NCBI GenBank assembly: GCA_041649675.1
Contig: JBAZMQ010000008.1
Coordinates: 344 to 64,343 of the forward strand
DNA length: 64,000 nt
Reading direction: 5' to 3'
DNA from: Patescibacteria group bacterium
GTDB taxonomy: Bacteria > Patescibacteriota > Patescibacteriia > Buchananbacterales > UBA6539
This document shows positions 1-8,197 of the stretch, piece after piece (the stretch's first letter is position 1; each line of letters opens with the position of its first letter). The position numbers and the translations under genes are program-made. The notes under the pieces are model-generated. The model was not told the origin of the DNA. It made no database searches and saw nothing but the letters and a program-made list of their open reading frames with translations.

Positions 1-531
1 GACGGCAATGACGGAAGCTAATGAAGATAACTTAATGACTGTAATGTACTGTCCAAAGAGATTGGGCAAGACATTCAGAATAGTTTGTGGCAGAACTATT
101 TGCCACATTGTCTGCCAGGCTGAGGCGCCGTCAAGTGCTGCTGCTTCATATTGGTCTTTAGCGACTGATTCAATCCCAGCTCTAAAATTTTCCGAGGCAA
201 AAGCCGCCAACGATAGAGCGAGACTAATCACTGCTACTTCCCATGGCTTAAGTAGTAAATCGCTTATCGCATGGACGAAGAATGGTGACATGACATAGTA
301 GATCCATATCATGAGGACTAGGACCGGGATGGCCAGGAATAGTTCAACGTAGATTTGAGCAACCCAGCGAATCGGGCGGCAACTTGAACGTCTGGCTAAA
401 GCCAGGCCAAAACCCAAGATAGTTCCTAGTACGATTGCCGCTACCGAAAGCCAAAGAGTACGAAATGTTCCAAAAAGGAAAGCTAATTTAAACTCCCACA
501 GAATTTCCCAAAACTGGTAAAATGAAAACAT
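1..531 (-). CDS. Polar amino-acid ABC transporter permease, 3' partial (runs off window start). Start ATG is at 529-531 on the minus strand.
   Basis: Minus-strand translation from 531 (MFSFYQFWEILWEFKLAFL...) gives a multi-TM protein with the EAA-loop-like 'AAALDGASAWQTMWQIVLPQ' of HisM/GlnP-type permeases. The frame is open to position 1. It is absent from the ORF track only because no stop lies in the window. Confidence 0.7.
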   Translation of the reverse strand, partial: MFSFYQFWEILWEFKLAFLFGTFRTLWLSVAAIVLGTILGFGLALARRSSCRPIRWVAQIYVELFLAIPVLVLMIWIYYVMSPFFVHAISDLLLKPWEVAVISLALSLAAFASENFRAGIESVAKDQYEAAALDGASAWQTMWQIVLPQTILNVLPNLFGQYITVIKLSSLASVIAV

Positions 532-647
532 TGAAAACCTCCTTAATTTTTTCTATTTTGTTGTTTAATCCATGATTTAGGGTAAACATTCATTTATATC
601 ATATTTTATTCTGATTGTCAACAGTTATTTTAAAAATATACAGATGT

Positions 648-826
648 CCTGCTCAAAATGGAGAGGTGCCAGAGTGGTTGAACCCCGCACTAAAACCCGC
701 GATTAATATTTAACAATATTAAATTTTGATTCGCACGAAATCGCCTTTGGCTTGCATTATTTAAAATTCAAAGATTTTTACTAGGTTTAGTACGGGGCAG
801 GTGTGACGGGCATGTCCCGCTTCAAA
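648..826 (+). repeat. tRNA-Ser-like degenerate unit A1. A tRNA 5' half (GGAGAGGTGCCAGAGTGGTTGAA, 660-682) is followed by a ~100-nt structured insert closed by the long-range stem CCCCGCAC (683-690) / GTACGGGG (791-798).
   Basis: Direct sequence comparison with unit A2 (927-1103) shows ~80% identity over ~175 bp, with compensatory changes in the closing stem. The acceptor 5' strand GGAGAGG is complementary to CCTCTCC at 1249-1255. Confidence 0.6.
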
Positions 827-835
827 TGGAGAGGT

Positions 836-878
836 GGCCCCGCCTACGGTCGCCCGAGGCGACCTTCGGCGGGCAGGC
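836..878. repeat. GC-rich nested-hairpin mini-element (CCCGCC-TACGGTCGCC-CGA-GGCGACC-TTC-GGCGGG) inserted just after a third tRNA-like start (GGAGAGGTGGCC, 826-837).
   Basis: A perfect nested inverted repeat in an AT-rich context. Homologous copies lie at 61368-61402 (after 5S) and partially at 61139-61180. Confidence 0.6.
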
Positions 879-926
879 GAGTGCCTAAAAAAAAGTTGTG
901 GCAGGAAATTATAGACAAAGGGCTAT

Positions 927-1103
927 CGTGCTCAAAATGGAGAGGTGCCAGAGTGGTTGAACCCCGCACCAAAACCCACGACTAATTTTTTACGATATTC
1001 AAGCTTGATTCGCGCGAAGTCGCCTCCGGCTTATATTATTAAAATTTAAGATTATTTATAGGTTTGGTGCGGGGCAGGTGCGACGGTTCATCCCGCATAA
1101 AAC
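927..1103 (+). repeat. tRNA-Ser-like degenerate unit A2. It carries the same tRNA 5' half (939-961) and a structured insert closed by CCCCGCAC (962-969) / GGTGCGGGG (1066-1074).
   Basis: It is a tandem copy of A1. Its 3' end, GACGGT (1082-1087), together with CTCGAACACCGT (1203-1214), would reconstitute the Ser(CGA) anticodon stem-loop. Confidence 0.6.
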
Positions 1104-1188
1104 GGAAGGGTGACAGAGTGGTCGAATGTGACGGTCTCGAACACCGTTATCCCGCAAGGGATCGTGGGTTCGAATCCCACCCCTTCCG
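1104..1188 (+). tRNA. tRNA-Ser (anticodon CGA), class II with long variable arm
   Basis: The cloverleaf reads: acceptor GGAAGGG/CCCTTCC; anticodon stem ACGGT/ACCGT with loop CTCGAAC; variable arm TTATCCCGCAAGGGAT; T-arm CGTGGGTTCGAATCCCAC; discriminator G. It is flanked by a perfect 13-bp inverted repeat, TCCCGCATAAAAC (1091-1103) and GTTTTATGCGGGA (1189-1201). Confidence 0.85.
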
Positions 1189-1201
1189 TTTTATGCGGGA
1201 T

Positions 1202-1256
1202 CTCGAACACCGTTAGACCTTAACCGGTCTCGTGGGTTCAAATCCCACCCTCTCCG
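1202..1256 (+). pseudogene. 3' fragment of a second tRNA-Ser-like gene (variable arm, T-arm and acceptor 3' strand CCTCTCC-G) with a duplicated trailer
   Basis: AGACCTTAACCGGTCT plus CGTGGGTTCAAATCCCAC plus CCTCTCCG. The acceptor pairs with the GGAGAGG of units A1/A2. The trailer GTTTTGGGCAGGATCTAAAACACCGTT (1256-1282) repeats the trailer after the intact tRNA (1189-1215). Confidence 0.55.
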
Positions 1257-1344
1257 TTTTGGGCAGGATCTAAAACACCGTTTGGGCGCAAGTTTTCCAG
1301 AGTTCAAATTTTGTACAATGAGTACTGCCAAAATAATTTAGCTT

Positions 1345-1935
1345 ATGAAAAATATTATACCCAAAGACACAAGATATACTCCGCTTACTCAACAGAAATC
1401 CTGTTGCGTACCTACAAGTATTAGTATGATTATGTACAGACAGGGTCTGCCCTTAATTCCTCAAGAATTACTTGGTCATTATTTAGGTTTGTTAGTAGAC
1501 AAAAAAGATAAAAAATTATTTTGGAATGTTCGGACCGGTAAGAGGCCGCCAGCCGGTTATGGCACGCAAATGAAAAATAAGCAATTTGAGATAAACTCCG
1601 TTTTTAAAAGATTAAGAATTCCTTTGACAGTTGCAACCTATTATATTAGAAATTTTAAAAAGAAAGAGCTAATTTTTTTAATTTCCAATAGTATAAAGCG
1701 TAACGAAGATTTAATTGCCATGCTTGCAAGTGATGTTTTAAATAATACAAAAAATAATAACGGTCATGCTTGCGTTATTGATAGAATTTACCCGGTCAAG
1801 AATTTAATAAGATTAATCGACCCTTCGGCTGTTCAACCCAAATGGCGAGAGATCAAAATTGACAAGTTTATAAAGGCAGTTATGTTTCACCCGACCGGGG
1901 AAGGTCGGATTTTGAAGTTGACAAGAATAAAATAG
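1345..1935 (+). CDS. C39-like (papain-fold) cysteine peptidase domain protein
   Basis: Q-x3-CC-x3-SISMIMYRQG resembles the C39 Q...DCGxAxLxMVLxYxG nucleophile motif, and a downstream NGHACVIDRI resembles the C39 GHFVV His motif. No signal peptide. Confidence 0.45.
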   Translation: MKNIIPKDTRYTPLTQQKSCCVPTSISMIMYRQGLPLIPQELLGHYLGLLVDKKDKKLFWNVRTGKRPPAGYGTQMKNKQFEINSVFKRLRIPLTVATYYIRNFKKKELIFLISNSIKRNEDLIAMLASDVLNNTKNNNGHACVIDRIYPVKNLIRLIDPSAVQPKWREIKIDKFIKAVMFHPTGEGRILKLTRIK

Positions 1936-1996
1936 TTAAATAAATTCATAATTATCCAGTCTTCATTCCGCCCTTTCCGCTAAAATAATTTAACTT

Positions 1997-2623
1997 ATGA
2001 AAAACAAAACCCAAATATTCCTAATTCACGGCGGAAATACCTTTAAAAATAATAAGGATTATTTGCGTTATTTAAAAACGAGAAAAATTAAGTTAGAGAA
2101 AAAAATAAGGTGGTCTGATGATTATTTGGATAAATGTTTAGGGAAAAATTTTGAAATCATCAGGCCGCGCATGCCGTTGCAAGATTATGCCAAGTACAAT
2201 GATTGGAAAATATATTTTGAAAGGCATATCCCTTATTTAAGAAACGGTGTAATTTTAATCGGTGGTTCATTGGGCGGGATATTTTTGGCCAAGTATTTGT
2301 CCGAGCATAAATTTCCTAAAAAAATATTAGCAACCTATTTAATTTGTCCGCCTTTTGACGATACTTTGCCTAACGAAAGTTTGGCTGGTGGTTTTAAACT
2401 CAAGTCTAACTTAAATTTGCTAGAGAAAAATTCAAAGAATCTCTATTTGTTATTTTCCAAAGATGATGATGTCGTCCCGGTTTCCCACGCAAAAAAATAT
2501 GGCCAGAAACTAAAAAACGCCAAGATTATTATTTACAAAAGCAAGAATGGACATTTTAAGGTGCCTAAATTTCCAGAAATTGTCAGGTTGATTAAGAAAG
2601 ATGTTAAAGAAAGCAAAATTTAG
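1997..2623 (+). CDS. Alpha/beta-hydrolase fold serine hydrolase (YdeN/RBBP9-like)
   Basis: IHGG oxyanion region, nucleophile elbow GGSLGG, and a C-terminal ...NGHF catalytic His context. Confidence 0.55.
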   Translation: MKNKTQIFLIHGGNTFKNNKDYLRYLKTRKIKLEKKIRWSDDYLDKCLGKNFEIIRPRMPLQDYAKYNDWKIYFERHIPYLRNGVILIGGSLGGIFLAKYLSEHKFPKKILATYLICPPFDDTLPNESLAGGFKLKSNLNLLEKNSKNLYLLFSKDDDVVPVSHAKKYGQKLKNAKIIIYKSKNGHFKVPKFPEIVRLIKKDVKESKI

Positions 2624-2636
2624 TATTTAATAAATT

Positions 2637-3002
2637 ATGGATTACGCAGGCACTATAATTAAAGAAAGTTTAGCCGATGACAGTATTTTGCAAGATTTGA
2701 CCATTATCGAAACTAAAATTGAATCAGTGACTGAGCGTCACCAGACACCTTGGGTCAAGCAATGGACCAAAATCAAGTTTTCTTTTCCAGAAACTTGGGC
2801 CGAGTTTTATGCCCAAAAAATTAGTGAAGCCTTAGATGCCGAGCATGCCTGGTATGCTGATTTCAAAAATGATCAGTTTCACTATGTAATTTTTTATGGC
2901 CGTTTTTTTATGGTTGAGCGCAGCCAGCCCCAAGACTACCAGGAGGTTAAAGAATACGGAAAAGAGTTAGGAATTCCTGATTATCAACTTGATTTTGCCT
3001 AA
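2637..3002 (+). CDS. Hypothetical protein (121 aa)
   Basis: Intact ORF co-oriented with and tightly packed against its neighbours. No recognisable motif. Confidence 0.4.
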   Translation: MDYAGTIIKESLADDSILQDLTIIETKIESVTERHQTPWVKQWTKIKFSFPETWAEFYAQKISEALDAEHAWYADFKNDQFHYVIFYGRFFMVERSQPQDYQEVKEYGKELGIPDYQLDFA

Positions 3003-3051
3003 AAAAATTAGAAACTTTATTGAGTTAAATATTTTGAATATTTAAATTATT

Positions 3052-3516
3052 GTGAACAACATTAAAAAAATACTAGAGTATATTGTTCCAAAAACAATAG
3101 AATTAAACCGTCTTTATATAGCCAAGGATTTTGGGGAAATAAATTATTCTGCAATTTTTTGCCAAAGTGACAAAGAGTCCGAAGAATTAAAGGCTGAAGC
3201 ATCGGGTTTGGGGCAGATAATTCAAGATACCCCCACTGGGCCGCTTTTTAAACTTAATGAAGCCATTAAAACGCCAGCAGGCAATCTTTGGCTGCTTAAA
3301 ATCCGTCAACCTGACTCCACTAGAACTCAGCGGGGTCATGCGGACTTTACGCTTAAGGATTATAATTCATTTAAGGAAAAGTATTTGAAAGATGAAAGTC
3401 ATTTTAAATTGATTGACCGGGGTAGTTTTGAAATGATTGAATTAAGGGATTTCAAATTTGATGTCTTATCTTATTTTTCCAGCATTCCACTTGTCTCGCA
3501 GTTAAAAATCAAATAA
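3052..3516 (+). CDS. Hypothetical protein (154 aa)
   Basis: Intact ORF. Its stop overlaps the next gene's start (ATAATG), suggesting translational coupling. Confidence 0.4.
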   Translation: MNNIKKILEYIVPKTIELNRLYIAKDFGEINYSAIFCQSDKESEELKAEASGLGQIIQDTPTGPLFKLNEAIKTPAGNLWLLKIRQPDSTRTQRGHADFTLKDYNSFKEKYLKDESHFKLIDRGSFEMIELRDFKFDVLSYFSSIPLVSQLKIK

Positions 3517-3517
3517 T

Positions 3518-4261
3518 ATGAAAAAATTTTTATTAATTTTATTTAGCGTCGTGGTGGTTGTGATTGTTGCCGCAGTTAGCTTGCAAATTTTTATCAGCAA
3601 TCAACGTAATCAACAGGCTTTAGTAATTGATAAAAACATTGCCAGTTTTGTCGATTGTGCCAAAGCCGGCTATCCGATTATGGAAACTTATCCCGAGCAA
3701 TGTAGAACCAAGGACGGTAGAACTTTTGTAAAACCAATTCCTAATCCGGAAATTATTGCCGGCGTTGAATCGCTCCAATATAGTGATTCTGAGTTTGGTT
3801 TTTCTTTTTGGTATCCAGCTGGCGCTGAAGTCAGAAAGGAAAATTTGGAAGGCTATTTAAGTTTAGCCAAAGCTGGTTTAGCGGGAATATTTTTACCCCA
3901 GGAATTATTTGTTGGTACGAACTTGGGAGAAGCGGCGGTAATTGTTGGAATTAGTACCAGTCCGGATGCAGTCAGTAAATGTGAACAAATTAACACCACC
4001 AATGATGAAAAAGATTTGGGTCCAGCCATGATTGGGTTTGCCTCCGGTCATAAATTTTCTGCCGTCGGTGTCGGGGCAGGTAATATTTATGAATCAACAA
4101 TTTATCGTTTGGTAAAAAATCAAAATTGTTACGAGATTGTTGAATTATTGCATTCGGGCAATATTTATAATTACGATCCGGGTACGGTTGAAGAATTTGA
4201 TAAAAATAAATTTTTAGGAATTTTGGAAAAAATGGTGCAAAGTTTTGTCTTTAGTAACTAA
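3518..4261 (+). CDS. Hypothetical secreted or membrane-anchored protein
   Basis: N-terminal hydrophobic signal anchor MKKFLLILFSVVVVVIVAAVSL. No catalytic motif recognised. Confidence 0.45.
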   Translation: MKKFLLILFSVVVVVIVAAVSLQIFISNQRNQQALVIDKNIASFVDCAKAGYPIMETYPEQCRTKDGRTFVKPIPNPEIIAGVESLQYSDSEFGFSFWYPAGAEVRKENLEGYLSLAKAGLAGIFLPQELFVGTNLGEAAVIVGISTSPDAVSKCEQINTTNDEKDLGPAMIGFASGHKFSAVGVGAGNIYESTIYRLVKNQNCYEIVELLHSGNIYNYDPGTVEEFDKNKFLGILEKMVQSFVFSN

Positions 4262-4270
4262 AGCTGATAT

Positions 4271-4687
4271 ATGGATTATCGCAAGTATTATAAAAAAAGA
4301 TTTTGGGGACATTTATTTTCTATGCCGTTTATTTGGTTGCCCTTGCCGTTTATTATTTTGCTAGATTTGGTCGTTGAGCTATACCAGCAAGTTTGTTTTG
4401 GCCTTTATGGTTTGCCAAAAGTAAAACGCAAAGAATATATTCTAATTATGGACCGAAATAAATTACAGTATTTATATCCTTTGGAAAAATTAGGCTGTAT
4501 GTATTGCGGCTATGCCAATGGCGTTTTTGCTTATTTTAAAGAAATTGCCAACCGAACGGAAAAATATTGGTGCGGGGTAATGCATGTCAACAAGCCAGGA
4601 TTCAAAGTCCAAGAGCACCAAGGAGTACAAAATTTTTCTCAATTTGGTGATGAACAGGAATTTAAGGCAAAATACCCTGATATTTAA
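4271..4687 (+). CDS. Hypothetical small membrane protein with a conserved Cys cluster (CMYCGYANG...YWCG)
   Basis: One N-terminal TM helix and four spaced Cys residues. Family not recognised. Confidence 0.4.
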   Translation: MDYRKYYKKRFWGHLFSMPFIWLPLPFIILLDLVVELYQQVCFGLYGLPKVKRKEYILIMDRNKLQYLYPLEKLGCMYCGYANGVFAYFKEIANRTEKYWCGVMHVNKPGFKVQEHQGVQNFSQFGDEQEFKAKYPDI

Positions 4688-4776
4688 AGTATATTGACAT
4701 TGTTTGTATAATATGCTAACCTTTAGCCGAAGACTGAGAGAGGATTGAAAATAAGAAGGTTACGGGATTTGTAGGG

Positions 4777-4826
4777 TTAGGGTGATAGTTTTGAACCGTT
4801 GAAAAAAGATTTAAAACTATCACCCA
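4777..4826 (+). terminator. 13-bp perfect inverted repeat hairpin (GGGTGATAGTTTT...AAAACTATCACCC), possible terminator of the upstream + operon or part of the typA leader
   Basis: Perfect 13-bp arms with a 24-nt loop, followed by AAAACCCCCTTTTCC. Confidence 0.35.
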
Positions 4827-5043
4827 AAACCCCCTTTTCCAAACTAATCGCCGCAGATCTATTTGCGGCAACCTTCCAAGCGCAGCGATCAATATGCTGC
4901 AACTTCCAATCCAATTTTTCCCAAAACGGAAAAACCTCTCAGTCTTTCCCTATATCTAAAAGGCTTAGGCCTTATTTTTTTAACTTAACAAAAAGATTAA
5001 GCTTGATTAAATCCTGGTTTTATGTTAGGATTTATTTTTATTT

Positions 5044-6834
5044 ATGGAAATTAGAAACATCGCCATTATTGCACACGTTGACCACGGCAAGACTTCCTTG
5101 ACCGATTTTTTATTGCGCCAAACCGGCGTGGCTAAAGAAGGGGTGAGTATGGATTCCAATGACTTGGAACGGGAGCGGGGAATTACGATTTATTCCAAAA
5201 ACGCTTCAATATTTTATAAAGACACAAAAATTAATATTGTTGATACTCCGGGTCATGCGGATTTTGGTTCAGAAGTGGAGCGGGTGTTGCGTTCAATTGA
5301 TTCAGTCATTCTGGTCGTAGATGCCCAGGAAGGCCCAATGCCCCAAACCAAATTTGTTTTGCGAAAATCTTTGGAATTGGGTTTAAAACCAATTGTCGTA
5401 ATTAATAAAATTGATAAACCAGCGGCGCGGCCGGAATGGGTGCATGAAAAAGTTTTTGAATTGTTTTTGGATTTGGGGGCCAATGATGAGCAATTAAATT
5501 TTCCAACGGTTTATGCCATTGCTAAGCAAGGTTTGGCCAAATTAAAATTAAAGGATGAAACTAAAGACTTAACCCCGCTGTTGGAAGTAATTTTAAAACA
5601 CGTCGCACCAGCTTCGGCTAAAAAATTGGTTAATTTGCCGTTGAAAGTTCAGCCGTTTAATTTAGGCTATGATAATTTTATGGGCCGGCTGGCCATTGCC
5701 CGAATTTATCAAGGCACGGCCAAAACCGCCAGCAATGTTTTTGTTAAAAAAACTTCAGGCGAAACCATGACTGGAAAAATTTCTAAAATTTTTACTTTCC
5801 GCGGCCTGCAGCGCGAAGAAGTCCAGGAGGCGAGCGCTGGTGATATCATCATGATTGCTGGATTGCCCGAAATTTATATTGGCGATACCATTTGTGACAA
5901 GGCGGAAACCGAATCATTGCCAGCCATTAATATTGATGAACCGACTATTTCTTTAAACTTTTTAGTTAATAACTCGCCCTTTGCCGGCCGTGAAGGCAAG
6001 CTGGTTACCAGCCGGCAGATTAAAGAAAGATTACAGCGAGAGTTGGAAGTTAATGTGGGTTTGAAAATTGATTTTTCGGTCAATGAGTTTTTTAAAGTTT
6101 ACGGCCGCGGTGAATTGCACATTGTAATTTTGTTGGAAAATATGCGGCGAGAAGGTTATGAATTGCAGGTTTCACAACCGCAAGTAATTTTTAAAGAAAA
6201 AGACGGTAAAAAATTAGAACCGTTTGAAGAAGTGATTGTTGATGTGCCAAGTAATTTAGCCGGAACGGTGATTGATAAATTATCCAAGCGCAAAGGTTTG
6301 ATGATTAATATGCATCCCGAGCAAGCCCACACGAGAATTGTTTTTGAAATTCCCACTCGTGGTTTGCTTGGTTATCGGGGTGAATTTGTGATTGATACGC
6401 GAGGCGAAGGGATTTTATGTAGCGAATTTATCGGCTTTAAACCATACGTTGGCGAAATTGAGCATAAAACCGTTGGTTCGTTGGTTTCAATGGCAACGGG
6501 CAAGGCTCTTGGTTTTTCTTTATATAATTTGCAGGATCGCGGTTCACTTTACATCAGTCCAGCCACAGAAGTTTATGAGGGGATGGTAATTGGTAATGCG
6601 TCTAAAGGTATGGATATGGCGGTTAATCCGATTAAAGGTAAACAATTGACCAACATGCGCTCAAAAGCTTCAGATGAAGCAATTATTCTAACGCCGCCTT
6701 TGGAATTAACTTTGGAGCGCGGTTTGGAAATTATGAATGATGACGAATATTTGGAAGTAACGCCAAAAAGTATTCGGTTGCGCAAACAATTTTTAACAGA
6801 AAATGAGCGGGTAAGAGCAAACCGGAAGAAATAA
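5044..6834 (+). CDS. typA: Translational GTPase TypA/BipA
   Basis: AHVDHGKTSL (G1), DTPGHADF (G3), NKIDK (G4). 596 aa with EF-G-like domain organisation and the TypA-specific C-terminal region. Confidence 0.93.
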   Translation: MEIRNIAIIAHVDHGKTSLTDFLLRQTGVAKEGVSMDSNDLERERGITIYSKNASIFYKDTKINIVDTPGHADFGSEVERVLRSIDSVILVVDAQEGPMPQTKFVLRKSLELGLKPIVVINKIDKPAARPEWVHEKVFELFLDLGANDEQLNFPTVYAIAKQGLAKLKLKDETKDLTPLLEVILKHVAPASAKKLVNLPLKVQPFNLGYDNFMGRLAIARIYQGTAKTASNVFVKKTSGETMTGKISKIFTFRGLQREEVQEASAGDIIMIAGLPEIYIGDTICDKAETESLPAINIDEPTISLNFLVNNSPFAGREGKLVTSRQIKERLQRELEVNVGLKIDFSVNEFFKVYGRGELHIVILLENMRREGYELQVSQPQVIFKEKDGKKLEPFEEVIVDVPSNLAGTVIDKLSKRKGLMINMHPEQAHTRIVFEIPTRGLLGYRGEFVIDTRGEGILCSEFIGFKPYVGEIEHKTVGSLVSMATGKALGFSLYNLQDRGSLYISPATEVYEGMVIGNASKGMDMAVNPIKGKQLTNMRSKASDEAIILTPPLELTLERGLEIMNDDEYLEVTPKSIRLRKQFLTENERVRANRKK

Positions 6835-6857
6835 TAAATTTTTAGTTATAATTACCA

Positions 6858-6890
6858 GTAGAGATGCACAATCATATGTCTCTATTTTTT
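6858..6890 (+). terminator. Intrinsic terminator after typA
   Basis: Hairpin TAGAGATGCA...ATATGTCTCTA followed by TTTTTTATTT. Confidence 0.55.
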
Positions 6891-6940
6891 ATTTCAGCAA
6901 TTTTGGTATAATTAGATTATTAATTAATAATCCACAAGGT

Positions 6941-7633
6941 ATGCAATTAGTCTATAAAATTATTCGGCGCACAGCCTGGCTTTTAATTTTATCAGCCGTA
7001 GTTTTAATGATTTCCGGTTCGGCTATGGTTAAACCGATGTTGTTTCCCGGGATTAATTACCAGTTAGTTTTTTGGCTTCATAGCATTGTTAGTATTTTTG
7101 TTTTTGGTCCCTTGTTTTATTTGCATTCTTCGGCTGGAATTTTTTTAATGCTGGCCCGATACCCGAAACTAAACAAAAAGTATATAAAAATTCCCGCCGT
7201 TATTATTTGGGCTTTGGTTATATTTTCATTCATTCTTATTTATTTTATTCCTAATCCATTACCAAAACAGACAAGTAATGATTTAACCGGCCAAACAGTG
7301 TCCACTACTACCAAATTAGATTTAGCTGAGGTAGCCAAACATAATTCAGCCAGCGACTGCTGGATGATTATTGATAATAAAGTTTACAATTTGACCAATT
7401 TTATTGGCAGTCACTCGGGTGGAGCAGCGACAATCATAAAATATTGCGGCAAAGATGGTTCAATTGGTTATGCAACCAAGGATCGCAATCAACCACATTC
7501 AACTTACGCTAATAGTTTATTGAATTCTTATTATCTGGGTGATGTTGGCCAAACAACCTCTAACCAGCAAAGCCAAAATATTGGCAACCAATCACCGCCG
7601 GGTGGTTTTGGAGAGAATGAAGACGAAAATTAA
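6941..7633 (+). CDS. Membrane protein with a C-terminal cytochrome b5-like heme-binding domain
   Basis: Four or five N-terminal TM helices. The C-terminal CWMIIDNKVYNLTNFIGSHSGGAATI matches the Cyt-b5 pattern (VYDVTxF...HPGG) with HSGG in place of HPGG. Confidence 0.5.
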   Translation: MQLVYKIIRRTAWLLILSAVVLMISGSAMVKPMLFPGINYQLVFWLHSIVSIFVFGPLFYLHSSAGIFLMLARYPKLNKKYIKIPAVIIWALVIFSFILIYFIPNPLPKQTSNDLTGQTVSTTTKLDLAEVAKHNSASDCWMIIDNKVYNLTNFIGSHSGGAATIIKYCGKDGSIGYATKDRNQPHSTYANSLLNSYYLGDVGQTTSNQQSQNIGNQSPPGGFGENEDEN

Positions 7634-7732
7634 TTTGATGTAATTTTCAAATTGCACCTTCTTTAAACTATTAAAATCCTAGTCAGAAATATCTTTAGCC
7701 GTTTATTTTTAGGTGACATCCTAAGTAATTTT

Positions 7733-8134
7733 TTGTATAATAAAAATATAAGTTATAACAAATTTTTTATGGGCAGTTTTATTGAAATCAATGACACTTT
7801 ACAAATCACAACCGATCAAGGCTTTCCCAAAGTTTTGAATCTTACTCGTCATTTGAAAAAACCCTTTGTTGCAGCTAATTTTAAAGGCAAAGTTTTTTCT
7901 TTTGACAAGCCGGATTTGCGTTTGTATCACTCCGCCCCGACGCGGGTTTTTTTAGTGCAAAATATCAAAGGCAAATGGCTTTATTGGGGGCACTGCTTGA
8001 TTATTGAACAAACCATAAATGCCAAAACTAGAAGAACAACTGGTAAATTTATAATTATTAAAATTTATCCGCCCGCGGTGCAGCGCTTAATGAATAAAAA
8101 CGAATCTCATCCGGGCCAGGGTTATCAATTTTAA
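7733..8134 (+). CDS. Hypothetical protein (133 aa)
   Basis: Intact ORF. A bidirectional hairpin (8146-8180) separates it from the convergent downstream gene. Confidence 0.35.
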   Translation: MYNKNISYNKFFMGSFIEINDTLQITTDQGFPKVLNLTRHLKKPFVAANFKGKVFSFDKPDLRLYHSAPTRVFLVQNIKGKWLYWGHCLIIEQTINAKTRRTTGKFIIIKIYPPAVQRLMNKNESHPGQGYQF

Positions 8135-8197
8135 AAAAAGAAACGGTGCAGTTTGAAACTGACCGTTTGAGCTTTTTACGCAAGGTGCGCGAGGAGA

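Noticed and set aside
4799-5101. 100-aa + strand ORF overlapping the typA start
   Set aside because: It overlaps the well-supported typA start in another frame, has low-complexity composition and sits in a region that looks like a structured leader, so it is treated as non-coding.
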